Below are positions 30,784 through 41,658 of a DNA stretch of 64,000 nt, one piece after another (positions within the stretch are counted from its first letter, which is position 1; each line of letters starts with the position of its first letter). The DNA comes from Alphaproteobacteria bacterium (GTDB lineage: Bacteria; Pseudomonadota; Alphaproteobacteria; UBA7887): assembly GCA_965216755.1 (NCBI GenBank), contig CBDCGL010000011.1, positions 2,464,001-2,528,000 of the forward strand. Direction: 5' to 3'. A program made the translations under genes and the position numbers. The notes under the pieces were generated by a model. It saw nothing but the letters and a program-made list of their open reading frames with translations, ran no database searches and was not told the DNA's origin.

Positions 30784-32151
30784 TTACGCCCGTTCGAATC
30801 CGCGTGCCAGATCCCAGTCGGTCACATGGCGGTCGGACTCAGATTGCTCCCACTTCGCCGCGTGCACATAGTGATCGATGACAGCGTCGCCGAACGCCGC
30901 GCGCAGCATGGTCGAACAATCCAAAGCGGCGGTCGCGGCACGCAGCGTCGCTGGAATCTCAGGCACACCGGCACTTGTATAGGCGTCACCGACAAAAGCC
31001 GGGCCCAACGCCATCTTGTTCTCGATACCGTCCAACCCCGCCGCCAGCAATGCCGCCATGGCCAAATGGGCATTGAGGTCGGCGCCACCGATCCGACATT
31101 CGACGCGCACCGCCGGTGTGTCGACGCCGCAAATGCGAAAGCCGGCGGTGCGGTTGTCCAGGCTCCACACCGTCTTGGTGGGCGCAAATGTGCCGACGGC
31201 AAAGCGTTTGTAGGAATTGACGTAGGGCGCCAAGAAATAGGTGATCGCGTCGGCATGATGAAGCAGGCCGGCCAGATAATGACCCATCAGCGCCGACATG
31301 CCGTGCGCGGCCTTGGCATCGTAGAACAGCGGCGCACCATCCGGCGCCGCCAGCGATTGGTGAATGTGGCACGAATTGCCGGCCGCCCGGCTGCTCCATT
31401 TGGCCATGAAACTTAGCGCATGGCCTTTAGCCCAAGCAATTTCCTTGCACGCGTTCTTGATGATCGCGTGGCGGTCGGCCATGGTCAGCGCATCGGCGTA
31501 GCGGACATTGATTTCTTCCTGCCCGGCATCGGCCTCGCCCTTGGTGTTCTCCACCGGCACATCGGCACCTTGCAGACCGACGCGGATCGCGCGCATCACC
31601 GCTTCTTCCTTGGTGGTTTGGAAGATGTGGTAATCCTCGTTATAGGCGCTGATCGGTGTCAGACTGCGATGGTCGCTCTGCTGCGCCTCCTCGTAGCTTT
31701 CGCGAAACAGAAAGAACTCCAGCTCCGACGCCATCAGTGGCTTCATTTGTACAGCCGCCAGGCGCGCGATCTGTTTCTTCAAAATCGCGCGCGGCGCGTG
31801 CGCCACCTCGTCATGGCTATGATGGTCCAACACGTCACACAGCACCAGCGCTGTGCCCTCCAGCCACGGCACCCGGCGCAGCGTTTCCATGTCGGCCTTC
31901 ATGATGTAGTCGCCGTAGCCGGCCGCCCAGCTGGTCGACTTGTAACCATCTACCGTGAACATCTCCATATCGGTCGCAAGCAAATAGTTGCAGCTGTGGG
32001 TCTCCGCCCACGCGCTGTCGACAAAATACTCTGCTTGGAATCGCTTGCCCATCAAGCGGCCCTGCATATCCACCTGGGCGGCGATCACCGTATCAATCGT
32101 GCCGTCGGCAATCGCCGCCTTCAATTGTTCGAATGTCAGTTTTCCGGCCAT
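30784..32151 (-). CDS. Glutamine synthetase-family gamma-glutamylase
   Basis: DMQGRLMGKR, ELEFFLF, GQEEIN, NSYKRF, DNRT, RVECR. Confidence 0.9.
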   Translation of the reverse strand: MAGKLTFEQLKAAIADGTIDTVIAAQVDMQGRLMGKRFQAEYFVDSAWAETHSCNYLLATDMEMFTVDGYKSTSWAAGYGDYIMKADMETLRRVPWLEGTALVLCDVLDHHSHDEVAHAPRAILKKQIARLAAVQMKPLMASELEFFLFRESYEEAQQSDHRSLTPISAYNEDYHIFQTTKEEAVMRAIRVGLQGADVPVENTKGEADAGQEEINVRYADALTMADRHAIIKNACKEIAWAKGHALSFMAKWSSRAAGNSCHIHQSLAAPDGAPLFYDAKAAHGMSALMGHYLAGLLHHADAITYFLAPYVNSYKRFAVGTFAPTKTVWSLDNRTAGFRICGVDTPAVRVECRIGGADLNAHLAMAALLAAGLDGIENKMALGPAFVGDAYTSAGVPEIPATLRAATAALDCSTMLRAAFGDAVIDHYVHAAKWEQSESDRHVTDWDLARGFERA

Positions 32152-32226
32152 TGAAATCGTCAAAAAACGTTACGTGGCGCGATCGCACCAAGATAAGGTC
32201 AAAGGCAACGCAGCCGCGGTCCAATC

Positions 32227-32250
32227 CCCGGGGGCGTGCCCGCCCCCGGG
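32227..32250. terminator. GC-rich stem-loop after the TRAP binding-protein gene (terminator or mRNA stabiliser)
   Basis: CCCGGGGGCG-TGCC-CGCCCCCGGG. Confidence 0.55.
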
Positions 32251-32263
32251 AATGGGTCCTGGA

Positions 32264-33313
32264 TCAGCCGTAGCGATAGGGCGGCCCGGCCGCGCGCATG
32301 GTCGCCGCATATTCCTTGAGAATATTGACCACCTTCGCACTGCGTTCGCTTTGCGCAGCGATTTCGTCCCAGAACTTCAGCGCTTCGTCTTCGACGATCT
32401 TCCACTCTTCGTCGGGGATCGACGTCAACTCCAGTTTGGTGCCTTTGGTGCGCAAATGTGCTTCGCCACCCCAATACCAGTGCTGGCGATAGTAATGCGA
32501 ACTGTCCATGCATAACCGGAACAGGGTTTGCAGATGTTCAGGCAGCGCCTCCCAGCGCTCCGTATTGGCGAAATACGACCCGCACCAGGCGCCCGAAATA
32601 TTGTTGGTGAGGAAATAATTTGTGACGTCTGCCCAACCAACCGTGTAGTCTTCGGTTATGCCCGACCAGGCGATGCCATCAAGTTCGCCGGTCTGTACCG
32701 CCACTTCGATGTCTTCCCACGGCAGCGTAACTGGCACAACACCAAAACGCTGCAGGAACTTGCCCGCGGTCGGGAACGTGAACACGCGCTTGCCCTTGAG
32801 ATCTTCCAAGCTACGGATCGGATCAACCGTGTTGAAATGGCACGGATCCCAGGCGCCAGCACTGAGCCAGGTGACGTTTTCGACTTCGCCATAGGCTTCT
32901 TCCCAGATCTCCTTCAGGCCATATTGGTGAAACAAGACCGGCACATCGAGAGAATAGCGCGTGCCAAAGGGAAAATAGCCGCCGAACACCGAAACATCGA
33001 CCGGCGCCGCGATCGAGTCGTCATCGCTTTGCACAGCATCGATCGTGCCTCGCTGCATGGCGCGGAACAGTTCGCCGGTCGGCACCAGTTGGTCGGCAAA
33101 ATAAAGCTCGATTTCCATTTCGCCGTTGGCAACTTTGTTGAACGCATCGATCGATGGCTTGATGACATGCTCCGCCAGGGCCGCGCCAGCATAGGTTTGC
33201 AGCCGCCATCTGATCGTGCTTTGAGCTTGGACATAAGGCGCGCTCAGGGCACTGGCCCCAACCGCGGCGCCGGCCACGCCCGCTTTTTTCAAGAAATCTC
33301 GTCTGTTTTTCAT
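32264..33313 (-). CDS. TRAP substrate-binding protein with Tat signal
   Basis: NRRDFLKK, IRWRLQTY, DLKGKRVF. Confidence 0.92.
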   Translation of the reverse strand: MKNRRDFLKKAGVAGAAVGASALSAPYVQAQSTIRWRLQTYAGAALAEHVIKPSIDAFNKVANGEMEIELYFADQLVPTGELFRAMQRGTIDAVQSDDDSIAAPVDVSVFGGYFPFGTRYSLDVPVLFHQYGLKEIWEEAYGEVENVTWLSAGAWDPCHFNTVDPIRSLEDLKGKRVFTFPTAGKFLQRFGVVPVTLPWEDIEVAVQTGELDGIAWSGITEDYTVGWADVTNYFLTNNISGAWCGSYFANTERWEALPEHLQTLFRLCMDSSHYYRQHWYWGGEAHLRTKGTKLELTSIPDEEWKIVEDEALKFWDEIAAQSERSAKVVNILKEYAATMRAAGPPYRYG

Positions 33314-33460
33314 TTGCTTTTTTCTCCCTCTATTTGGTCGTCGGTCAGCGACCTGTCATGGGCGCCAGATTATTCATCGCGCGTCGCTGCCCCTTTTCAT
33401 TGACGGTCATTTCGTCATTGCCCCGCGTCCCTGGTTCCCGGCGTAATTCTGATCAACGTG

Positions 33461-34786
33461 CTATCGCGCATAATGCGTTTCAGGCAACCACAGTGCGATC
33501 TGTGGGAATACCATCACCACGGCCAGACCAAAGGCCATGACCAAGACAAACGGAATGATCGAACGATAGATGTCGGCCAGCGTCACGCTGGACGGCGCCA
33601 TCGCGCGCATCAAAAACAGGTTGTAGCCAAATGGCGGCGTCATATAGGCGATCTGACACGTGATCGTATAGAGGACGCCGTACCAGATTAGATTGAAACC
33701 CAGCGCGCCGACCAATGGCACATAAAGCGGTGCCACGATCACCAACATGGCGGTGTCATCCAGAAACATCCCCATCAGAATGAACGACAGCTGCATCAAA
33801 ATCAAAACGCCCCACGGACCAAGCCCCAAATGATCAACAAAGAACGACTCGATCGCCTTGACCGCGCCCAACCCGTCAAACACCGCGCCAAAACACAGCG
33901 CCGCCAAAATAATCCACATGAACATGCACGAAATGCCCAAGGTCTTGCGGATCGTTTCTTCCATGACCTCTCGGGTTAGGCGCCGCTTGACCAAAGCCGC
34001 GATGGTCGCCGCGACCGCGCCGACGGCCGAACTTTCGACCAAGCTGGTCACACCCATGAGAAATAGGCCGGTCATCGAAAAGAATATGAGCAACGGCAGA
34101 ATGCCGGCCGATAGCAGGCGAAACTTTTCCCCCCAGCCAACCTGCTGCCGCTCGGCCTGCGGCAAGGCGGGGCCCAAACGCGGTTGCAGCTTGCACCGTA
34201 TGGCGATGTAGAGCACGAACAGGCCGGCCATCAAAAGCCCGGGAAAAACGCCCGCTAGCCACAATTGCCCAACCGGCTGGCGCGCGATCATGCCATACAA
34301 CACCAGCACCACGCTGGGCGGCACCAAGATCCCCAGTGAACTGCCGGCCTGAATCACGCCGGTGACCATGATCTTGTCATAGCCGCGCCTGAGCAATTCC
34401 GGCAGCGCGATGCTGGCACCGATCGCCATGCCGGCAACGCTCAAGCCGTTCATGGCCGAGATCACCACCATCAACCCGATCGTGCCGATCGCCAAGCCGC
34501 CGTTCAGCGGCCCCATCCAAACGTGGAACATGTGATAAAGGTCGTCGGCAATGCCCGATTCCGACAGCATGTAGCCCATATAGATAAACAACGGCAGGGT
34601 CAGCAGCGGATACCATTTCATCAACTTCATCGCAGCGCTGAACGCCATTTCCGAGCCGCCGTCGCCCCACAACAGCAGCGCCGCAGCGACGGCCACAAAG
34701 CCAATCGCGCCGAATACCCGCTGCCCGGTCATCAGCAACAGCATCATGGAAGAAAACATCAACAATGCGATGAGTTCGTAGCTCAT
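33461..34786 (-). CDS. TRAP large permease DctM
   Basis: LGILVPPS, YMTPPFG, FPQIALWLP. Confidence 0.93.
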   Translation of the reverse strand: MSYELIALLMFSSMMLLLMTGQRVFGAIGFVAVAAALLLWGDGGSEMAFSAAMKLMKWYPLLTLPLFIYMGYMLSESGIADDLYHMFHVWMGPLNGGLAIGTIGLMVVISAMNGLSVAGMAIGASIALPELLRRGYDKIMVTGVIQAGSSLGILVPPSVVLVLYGMIARQPVGQLWLAGVFPGLLMAGLFVLYIAIRCKLQPRLGPALPQAERQQVGWGEKFRLLSAGILPLLIFFSMTGLFLMGVTSLVESSAVGAVAATIAALVKRRLTREVMEETIRKTLGISCMFMWIILAALCFGAVFDGLGAVKAIESFFVDHLGLGPWGVLILMQLSFILMGMFLDDTAMLVIVAPLYVPLVGALGFNLIWYGVLYTITCQIAYMTPPFGYNLFLMRAMAPSSVTLADIYRSIIPFVLVMAFGLAVVMVFPQIALWLPETHYAR

Positions 34787-35292
34787 GACAGCGGTTCTCC
34801 GCGCGCGCTGGCCAGGTCCTTAAAAAAGGTCGCGATCGCCTGCAACAACATCAGCGCGACGCCGACAGTCATGATGATTTTGATCGGCGCCATTTGCGGC
34901 GCCCAGGAGGAGTAGCTTTGCTCGCCATACTGCAACGCATATGACGAACTCGAATAGCCGCCATAAAGTAGCCAAACCAAATAGAAAATCAGAAAAATGG
35001 CAGTGATCGCGTCGACCACGGCCTTGGTCTTGTCGGACCAACGACTGTAGAAAAGATCCATGCGAACATGCGAACCGAGCTGCATGGAATAGCCGCCGCC
35101 CAGCAGGTAATAGGCGACCATGGTGAATTGCGCCATCTCCAGCGTCCATAGCGCCGGCAGGAAGAACGCCTTGGAGATCGACGAGTAAAGCAATATGCCC
35201 ATCATCGCGAAAATCAGATACATGGCGACGCGGCCGACCGCCCGGCTGACCGCATCGACAATACGCACATAAACCCTGATGGCTTTGGGCAT
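34783..35292 (-). CDS. TRAP small permease DctQ
   Basis: Four TM segments, HVRMDLFY. Confidence 0.9.
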   Translation of the reverse strand: MPKAIRVYVRIVDAVSRAVGRVAMYLIFAMMGILLYSSISKAFFLPALWTLEMAQFTMVAYYLLGGGYSMQLGSHVRMDLFYSRWSDKTKAVVDAITAIFLIFYLVWLLYGGYSSSSYALQYGEQSYSSWAPQMAPIKIIMTVGVALMLLQAIATFFKDLASARGEPLS

Positions 35293-35302
35293 CGTAGTCG
35301 CC

Positions 35303-36148
35303 TTACCCCACGTGGCGTGTTTCGGTTTCCCGAACACCCATGGCCGCGCACGCCGTTTCCAGCCAGCGCGACAATTGTCCCGCTATCGCCTGCTGGCTGG
35401 CTGTATCGGCGATTAAATCGTTGCGGATCTCGATCATGACATTGAACAGCTGCCGAGGCAGCGCGTGGGCGGCCAATGTGTGGGTCACGCCATCCGCTGG
35501 GCCATAGGGTTCGTTGCGGCGGATCGCCATTTCGCTTTGCGTACGTGCGATCGTCAAAAAAAGATCGGCGAAACGGGAATCGACGTCGTAGACAACCCCA
35601 ATTTCCACGTCACGACGGACACCATGATAGACAGGCGCAAAAGAGTGCACGGTCACGATCGTCGGCGGTTGACCACGTGCGATACGACGATCGACACAGC
35701 CATCGATGGCAACCTTAAACGGTGCGTATACCGCCACCTCGCGCGCCCGCCGCGCTGCCGGCGACAGGTTCGCATTGCCGGGTATGTGGGTGGTCTCGCT
35801 GGCCTCCGGCACGGCGCCAGAAGCATCTGGCGCGCGATTGCAGTCATAGATCAACCGCGAAATGCGCTGCGCGACCAGCGGCGCATCCAGGCGACGGGAC
35901 AGTTGTTGGGCGACCGCCAGGGCGCCCGGATCCCACGCGATATGGCTTTGTAAAGCCGCGTCACGCAGGCCCAGCTTGTCATATTGTGGCGGGACGAAGT
36001 TCGACGCGTGTTCGCAAATCAGCACGATGTCGGCCGCGCCTGACGGATTGATGACGTCGACGACGCCATCCGTCGAAGCGTAGAGACCCTCTTCGGCCGC
36101 GGCGACCATCACTGTCACAGGCGCTCCCCACCGTCGATGCTCGTTCAC
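35303..36148 (-). CDS. N-formylglutamate amidohydrolase family
   Basis: CEHAS, HIAWDPGA, SRLIYDCNR, HSF, NEPY, IEIRNDLI. Confidence 0.92.
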   Translation of the reverse strand: MNEHRRWGAPVTVMVAAAEEGLYASTDGVVDVINPSGAADIVLICEHASNFVPPQYDKLGLRDAALQSHIAWDPGALAVAQQLSRRLDAPLVAQRISRLIYDCNRAPDASGAVPEASETTHIPGNANLSPAARRAREVAVYAPFKVAIDGCVDRRIARGQPPTIVTVHSFAPVYHGVRRDVEIGVVYDVDSRFADLFLTIARTQSEMAIRRNEPYGPADGVTHTLAAHALPRQLFNVMIEIRNDLIADTASQQAIAGQLSRWLETACAAMGVRETETRHVG

Positions 36149-36259
36149 CTTTTCAGAATTGTGGAGACAGTCAAGCGAATTTCTGAAAGATTCTATTCTG
36201 TGACGTTATGTATGGAGATTCTGTTTCAGAGTTAGTCGGGCCAGGGGCGGGCGGATCCG

Positions 36260-37153
36260 TTGGCAACACGAAAGAACACTGACACGGCACCGGATCTTAC
36301 CGTCGCCGAGCGGATACGCGGCAGCTTTGACAGCCTGACCCGCGCCGAGCGCCAATTGGCCAATGCCTTGCTCGCGCACTATCCGGTCTCTGGACTAGGC
36401 AGTATCACTGCCGTCGCCGAGGCCTCGGGCGTCTCTACGCCAACGGTCGTGCGCATGGCGAAAAAGCTCGGATTTGGCGGCTTCCCAGAGCTTCAGGCGA
36501 TGCTGCGGGCGGAAGTCGAAGCGACCATTTCCAATCCGATCGCCAAGCACGACCGGTGGGCGGAAAACGCCCCAGATACCCATATACTCAATCGGTTCGC
36601 CGATGCGGTGACCGAGAATATGCGCCAAACCCTGGGCCAGCTGAATCTGGAAGACTTCGATGCCGTCACGGCGCTGCTGGGCGATCACGACCGCGCCGTG
36701 CATGTGGTTGGCGGCCGCATAAGCCGATCGCTGGCGGACTATTTTTTCACCCATATGCAGGTGATCCGGGACCGTCTAACACTGATCGCGCCGAACGCCA
36801 ACACGTGGCCGCACTATGTGTTGAACATGCGCACCGGCGACGTGCTCGTGGTCTTTGACGTGCGGCGCTACGAACACGACATCTTGCGACTCGCGGAAAT
36901 GGCGACAAAAAAGGGCGTCACGCTGGTGTTGTTCACCGACCAGTGGGGCTCGCCGGCAGCAAAACATGCGACCCACAGTTTTCACGCCCGCATCGAAGCA
37001 CCGTCGGCGTGGGACTCTTCGGTGGTGACCCTGTTCATCGTCGAATCTGTCATCGCCGCCGTGCAAACAACCATGTGGGATGAAACCAAAGACCGCATGG
37101 CAAAGCTCGAGACGCTGTTTGACCAAACAAAGCTGTTTCGAAAATTCACATAG
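36260..37153 (+). CDS. MurR/RpiR-family transcriptional regulator
   Basis: HTH VSTPTVVRMAKKLGFGGF plus SIS domain; divergent from the operon. Confidence 0.92.
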   Translation: MATRKNTDTAPDLTVAERIRGSFDSLTRAERQLANALLAHYPVSGLGSITAVAEASGVSTPTVVRMAKKLGFGGFPELQAMLRAEVEATISNPIAKHDRWAENAPDTHILNRFADAVTENMRQTLGQLNLEDFDAVTALLGDHDRAVHVVGGRISRSLADYFFTHMQVIRDRLTLIAPNANTWPHYVLNMRTGDVLVVFDVRRYEHDILRLAEMATKKGVTLVLFTDQWGSPAAKHATHSFHARIEAPSAWDSSVVTLFIVESVIAAVQTTMWDETKDRMAKLETLFDQTKLFRKFT

Positions 37154-37187
37154 AATCTTTGGCCGTGCTTGCCGCCGCCCGGCGGCG

Positions 37188-37745
37188 TCAATCGTCGCCG
37201 TATGCGATCTTCAGAACCTCCAGTTCTTCGATCCCGGTGGGCGCGCGCAAAGTCACGACATCGCCCTCACGCGCTTTGTGGAGCGCCCGCGCGACCGGCG
37301 ACACCCAACTGATTTCGCCATGATCGAGCCGTGCCTCGTCGACGCCAACAATGCGCACGGTGCGTTCTTGATCGCGGCTGTCGACATAGGTCACCGTGGC
37401 ACCAAAAAAAACCTGCTCCCGGTTCCGCTGTCGGCGTACATCGACGATCTCCGCGATTTCCAATCGCTTCAGCAAGAACCGAAGGCGCCGATCGATCTCG
37501 CGCAGGCGCTTTTTGCCATAGATGTAATCGCCATTCTCCGAGCGATCACCGTTACCGGCGGCCCATGAAACGACCTCGACGACCTTTGGCCGTTCAACGC
37601 TTTTCAAATGGCGCAGCTCGGTTTCGAGCCGCGCGTAGCCTTGGGGTGTCAGATAGTTCTTGGCAGCAAGCGGAAGCGAGTCGGCTTGATCCGGCAAATC
37701 TTCGTCATCGTCTTTGTCGGTTTCCTTGGTAAACGCTTTGCTCAT
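37188..37745 (-). CDS. greB: Transcription elongation factor GreB
   Basis: WAAGNGDRSENGDYIYGKKRLREIDRR, ISWVSPVARAL. Confidence 0.95.
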   Translation of the reverse strand: MSKAFTKETDKDDDEDLPDQADSLPLAAKNYLTPQGYARLETELRHLKSVERPKVVEVVSWAAGNGDRSENGDYIYGKKRLREIDRRLRFLLKRLEIAEIVDVRRQRNREQVFFGATVTYVDSRDQERTVRIVGVDEARLDHGEISWVSPVARALHKAREGDVVTLRAPTGIEELEVLKIAYGDD

Positions 37746-37843
37746 TTCGTCGATCGTTCAGAAATCTAGGCGTTGGACAGCGGCATCGAAAAGACGGCGG
37801 TCGCACGCGGATGGCGCCACCACCGCCAAGGTCAATCGGCTAA

Positions 37844-38839
37844 TTATGGCTGTAGATGCTCGACAAACCAATCGCGCGCCGCGCCGCCGGTCAACTCAAA
37901 GGCATCGACATACGCGGAAAAGTGATGGCCGGGCGCGATGATTAGTTTTTTTGGCTCCAGAGCCAATTCAAACGTCTCTAGGGCGTGTTGGGTCGGAATC
38001 AAAGTATCGTTCTCGGACACGATCATCAGCAGTGGCGTCGGCGCGATACGGTGCACAAACGACCAAGGCTCATATTGAAACGCCATGTCAAGCGATTGCA
38101 ACGTCACTTCATTGTGCCAAGACGGCGCGCGCAGTTTCGCGGTTTCCGTAAACCATTGCCAAGATTCCGCCTGTGGCAATGTCGACCCGCCGTTGGGGTC
38201 CTCTGAAACAACCGGAATCATACCCGGCGGTTCGCCGCCAAACCGTGCCTCGCGATCGGCGTCAAGAGCGGCCAACAAACCGGGCCAGAAATCCTCGCGA
38301 ACATTGCGCACGAAGGCGTCGTAAAGTTTTGTCGCGGGGACCTGGGCGACAACGGCCTTGACGCGTTTATCGATCGCCCCCACCACCAGCACATGGCCGC
38401 CACTGTAACTGGAGCCCCACACGCCGATACGATCGCGATCGACCTCAGGTAATGTGCGGACATAGGTGATGGCGTGACGATAATCACGCACCTGTGCCCA
38501 CGGGTCTATCTCGTAGCGCGGCTCGCCATCGCTGGCGCCGAAATTGCGATTGTCATAGACCAGCGCGGCCAGGCCCGCATTGGCGAACGCCTCGGCATAT
38601 TTGTCGAGCCACATTTCCTTGACCGCCGACCAACCGTGCGCCATGACGATCGCCGGCACGGGTCCATCGGCGGCGGACGGCGTATAGAACCAGCCGCGCA
38701 GTGTCGTACCGTCCGCGCTAAACTCAATATCGCGGCGTTCAAAATCCGCCGCCGCAGGCAGCGCCAGTGCGAGCGCAACGATCATGGTTGCCCAGGCGGA
38801 GACAAAATTCACAGCAAAGCCTTGCAATCGCGTTCTCAT
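37844..38839 (-). CDS. Secreted alpha/beta hydrolase (X-Pro dipeptidyl-peptidase/S15-like)
   Basis: Signal peptide, MAHG, WGSSYSGG nucleophile elbow, GHHF. Confidence 0.85.
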   Translation of the reverse strand: MRTRLQGFAVNFVSAWATMIVALALALPAAADFERRDIEFSADGTTLRGWFYTPSAADGPVPAIVMAHGWSAVKEMWLDKYAEAFANAGLAALVYDNRNFGASDGEPRYEIDPWAQVRDYRHAITYVRTLPEVDRDRIGVWGSSYSGGHVLVVGAIDKRVKAVVAQVPATKLYDAFVRNVREDFWPGLLAALDADREARFGGEPPGMIPVVSEDPNGGSTLPQAESWQWFTETAKLRAPSWHNEVTLQSLDMAFQYEPWSFVHRIAPTPLLMIVSENDTLIPTQHALETFELALEPKKLIIAPGHHFSAYVDAFELTGGAARDWFVEHLQP

Positions 38840-39028
38840 GAAATCCTCCCTGTTCGGGGCGATCGGCGTCATCAGATGTGTGGCCCGCCCCGACACCAGG
38901 CTACGCCCGCGCCCCCGCGGGCGCAGCAGTTGTGCGTCAAACTATGGTAAACATGGCATATTGTGACCGGTCAACTGCGACGCCAAGCTGTCGCGCCGGC
39001 GATATCGAGTCTTTTCAAAGAGCGACCG

Positions 39029-40741
39029 ATGGAACTTTCCTCCGACAGCACCGCCGCGCTCGTCGCAACGTTCTTGCGTCGCCGCGGCGTCAAGCACATC
39101 TTTGGCTTGTGCGGCGGCCACATCATGCCGATTTGGATGCAGGCTCACGCCGCCGGCATTCGGATCATCGATGCCCGCGACGAGCGCGCCGCGGTACATA
39201 TGGCACATGCCCACGCCGAGGTGACCGGCACGCTTGGTGTCGCCATTGTTACCGCCGGGCCCGGTGTCACCAATGCCATGACCGCGATTGCCAACACCCA
39301 TGTGGCGCGAGCACCGGTTCTGGTGTTGGGGGGCACCGTCCCACAGCCTCAGGTAAACCGTGGCGCGCTCCAAGATATCGACCATGTCGGTTTGGTCACC
39401 GCGATCACCCGCTATGCGCGCACCGTGCGCGAACCCGGCTTGGCGTTACAGGAACTTGACGCGGCCGTCGCCCACGCGATGGGCGATGGCGGTGATCCGG
39501 GACCCGCCTATATCGAATTCCCGACGGATGTTTTGCGTCGCGACGTGCCGAGGGCCCTGCGGCGCGACGAGTTTTTTGCGCCTCCGTCGCAACCGATCAT
39601 GCATCCCGACCCGGTTGCCGTTGCGGCCGCCGTTGACTTGATCTGGAAAGCCAAACGCCCCCTGGTGATATCGGGCCGCGGCGCGCGCGGCGCCGAGGCT
39701 GAATTGGTCACGTTTCTCGATCGCCTCGGTGCCGCCTATCTTGACACTGGCGAAAGCCGCGGATTGGTGCCCGATGATCATCTTGCGGTGGTCGCAGCCA
39801 TGCGCGGCACGGCCATGAGCGAGGCCGATGTCGTGATAACCATTGGCCGTCGGCTCGATTTTCAGCTCGCCTATGGGTCGCCAGCCATATTCGGCAACGC
39901 GCAGTTTGTGCGGATCGCCGATACGCTGTCGGAGTTGCGCGATAATCGGCGTGGTGCGATCGAACTGTTGGCCACCCCAGCGACAGCGCTCAGCGCGCTT
40001 GTCGCCGCAGCCGGCAAGCGGACGTCGTCGGTCGATCCGGAATGGATCGGACAATTGCGCAGCGCCCATCGGGCGCGCGCCGAAAAGCTACGGCAAACCA
40101 TGATGAACGCGACGCCGGATAAAGACGGCCGCCTGCATCCCTATCGCGTGCTTGGGGCCATCCAAGAACGGCTGGACCGCAACGCCATTGTGGTCACCGA
40201 CGGCGGTGATTTCTTAAGCTTTGGTCGGGTCGCGTTGTCGTCGCGCACGATGCTCGACCCAGGGCCGTTTGGTTGTATCGGCGTTGGCGTGCCCTTTGGC
40301 ATTGCCGCCGCCCTGGCCTGTCCGAACCGTCGCGTCGTGGTCGCCACCGGCGACGGGGCGTTTGGCTTCAACGCCATCGAAATTGACACGGCGGTACGCC
40401 ATCAGGCACCGGTCGTCATCGTTGTGGCCAACAATGGTGCCTGGCAAATCGAAGTCCACGACCAAACCCAAAGCTATGGCGAGGTTGTCGGCACCAGGCT
40501 TCAGTTTTCCGACTATGCCGCGATGGCGCGCGGCTTTGGCATGCACGGCGAGCGGGTCGAAACCGAAACCGATCTGGCCGGCGCGATGGACCGTGCCTTT
40601 GCCAATGCGCCGGCTTTGGTCGATGTGATCGTGACCTCGGACGCCGTGTCGTCGGATGCCAAGAGCGGCTTGGCATGGGTGCCGGATCTGCAGCCCTTGG
40701 CAAGCTGGGATGACGCCGAACGCGCGTGGCGCGCGCGCTAA
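39029..40741 (+). CDS. Thiamine-diphosphate-dependent enzyme (acetolactate synthase/2-hydroxyacyl-CoA lyase-like)
   Basis: FGLCGGH, DARDE, TAGPGVTN, GDGAFGFN...NN. Confidence 0.9.
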   Translation: MELSSDSTAALVATFLRRRGVKHIFGLCGGHIMPIWMQAHAAGIRIIDARDERAAVHMAHAHAEVTGTLGVAIVTAGPGVTNAMTAIANTHVARAPVLVLGGTVPQPQVNRGALQDIDHVGLVTAITRYARTVREPGLALQELDAAVAHAMGDGGDPGPAYIEFPTDVLRRDVPRALRRDEFFAPPSQPIMHPDPVAVAAAVDLIWKAKRPLVISGRGARGAEAELVTFLDRLGAAYLDTGESRGLVPDDHLAVVAAMRGTAMSEADVVITIGRRLDFQLAYGSPAIFGNAQFVRIADTLSELRDNRRGAIELLATPATALSALVAAAGKRTSSVDPEWIGQLRSAHRARAEKLRQTMMNATPDKDGRLHPYRVLGAIQERLDRNAIVVTDGGDFLSFGRVALSSRTMLDPGPFGCIGVGVPFGIAAALACPNRRVVVATGDGAFGFNAIEIDTAVRHQAPVVIVVANNGAWQIEVHDQTQSYGEVVGTRLQFSDYAAMARGFGMHGERVETETDLAGAMDRAFANAPALVDVIVTSDAVSSDAKSGLAWVPDLQPLASWDDAERAWRAR

Positions 40742-40751
40742 CCACCGGTTT

Positions 40752-41609
40752 TCACGTGCCAGCGAAGAAGTCCAACAATGCCGCGGCGAGTTCCTCGGGC
40801 TTTTCCTCGGGAATAAAATGCCCTGCGCCGTCCACAACACCACCGCGCACGTCGCTTGCGACCCGTTGCATGGATTCCAAAGTCAGTCTGCGCCGGCCAA
40901 AGCTTTCGCCGCCGCCCAATGCCAGCACGGGTATGGTCAACTTGCCGGCGGCGATCGATTTTTGGTTGTCAACAATGTCCTGCGGAATGGCGCGGTAATA
41001 GGCGAGCCCGGCGCGCATGGCGCCAGGCGCAGCATAGTTTCGGGCGAATTCGTCGATTGCCGAATCAGGGATGATTCCAGGATGCGCAGCGAAATTGTTT
41101 AGGAACCACGTGATGTAGATTCTCTCGCGACCCTGGATCAGGGCCTCGGGCAAATCAAGCGTCCGATGAAACCCATGATGCCAGCGCCCCTGAGAGGTCG
41201 AAAACTGATCCGAGCCATCGCCCGGGATCATGACGTCGAGGATGGCGAGTTTGCGCACCGCCCGCCGATGGGCGGCGGCAAGCGCATAGGCCACCGGCCC
41301 GCCCCAATCGTGACCCACCAGATAAAACGACGTATGACCAAGCGTGTCGGACATCAGCTCCCACACATCTTCGGCGATGCGCGCCTTGTGGTAGCCGGTC
41401 GCCGGGCGCGATGATTGGCCGAGGCCGCGCAAGTCTGGCGCAATGACATGATAGCGTGCCGCAAGCATTGGCATGATCAACCGCCATTCGTACCAAGTCT
41501 GCGGAAATCCATGCAAGAGCACGACCGGTTCGCCGGAGCCGGCGGTTACATAATGCATGGTCATTTCAGACAATTTGGCATAGTGGTGCGTGAAGCTTGT
41601 CATGCTCAT
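40752..41609 (-). CDS. Epoxide hydrolase/dehalogenase-like alpha/beta hydrolase
   Basis: HGFPQ, PDLRG, GHDWGG, GHFIPEE. Confidence 0.9.
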   Translation of the reverse strand: MSMTSFTHHYAKLSEMTMHYVTAGSGEPVVLLHGFPQTWYEWRLIMPMLAARYHVIAPDLRGLGQSSRPATGYHKARIAEDVWELMSDTLGHTSFYLVGHDWGGPVAYALAAAHRRAVRKLAILDVMIPGDGSDQFSTSQGRWHHGFHRTLDLPEALIQGRERIYITWFLNNFAAHPGIIPDSAIDEFARNYAAPGAMRAGLAYYRAIPQDIVDNQKSIAAGKLTIPVLALGGGESFGRRRLTLESMQRVASDVRGGVVDGAGHFIPEEKPEELAAALLDFFAGT

Positions 41610-41658
41610 GGGCAGGTGGTCCTGTACTGATGCGAACGCGCAGAGGCGAACGATAGCT

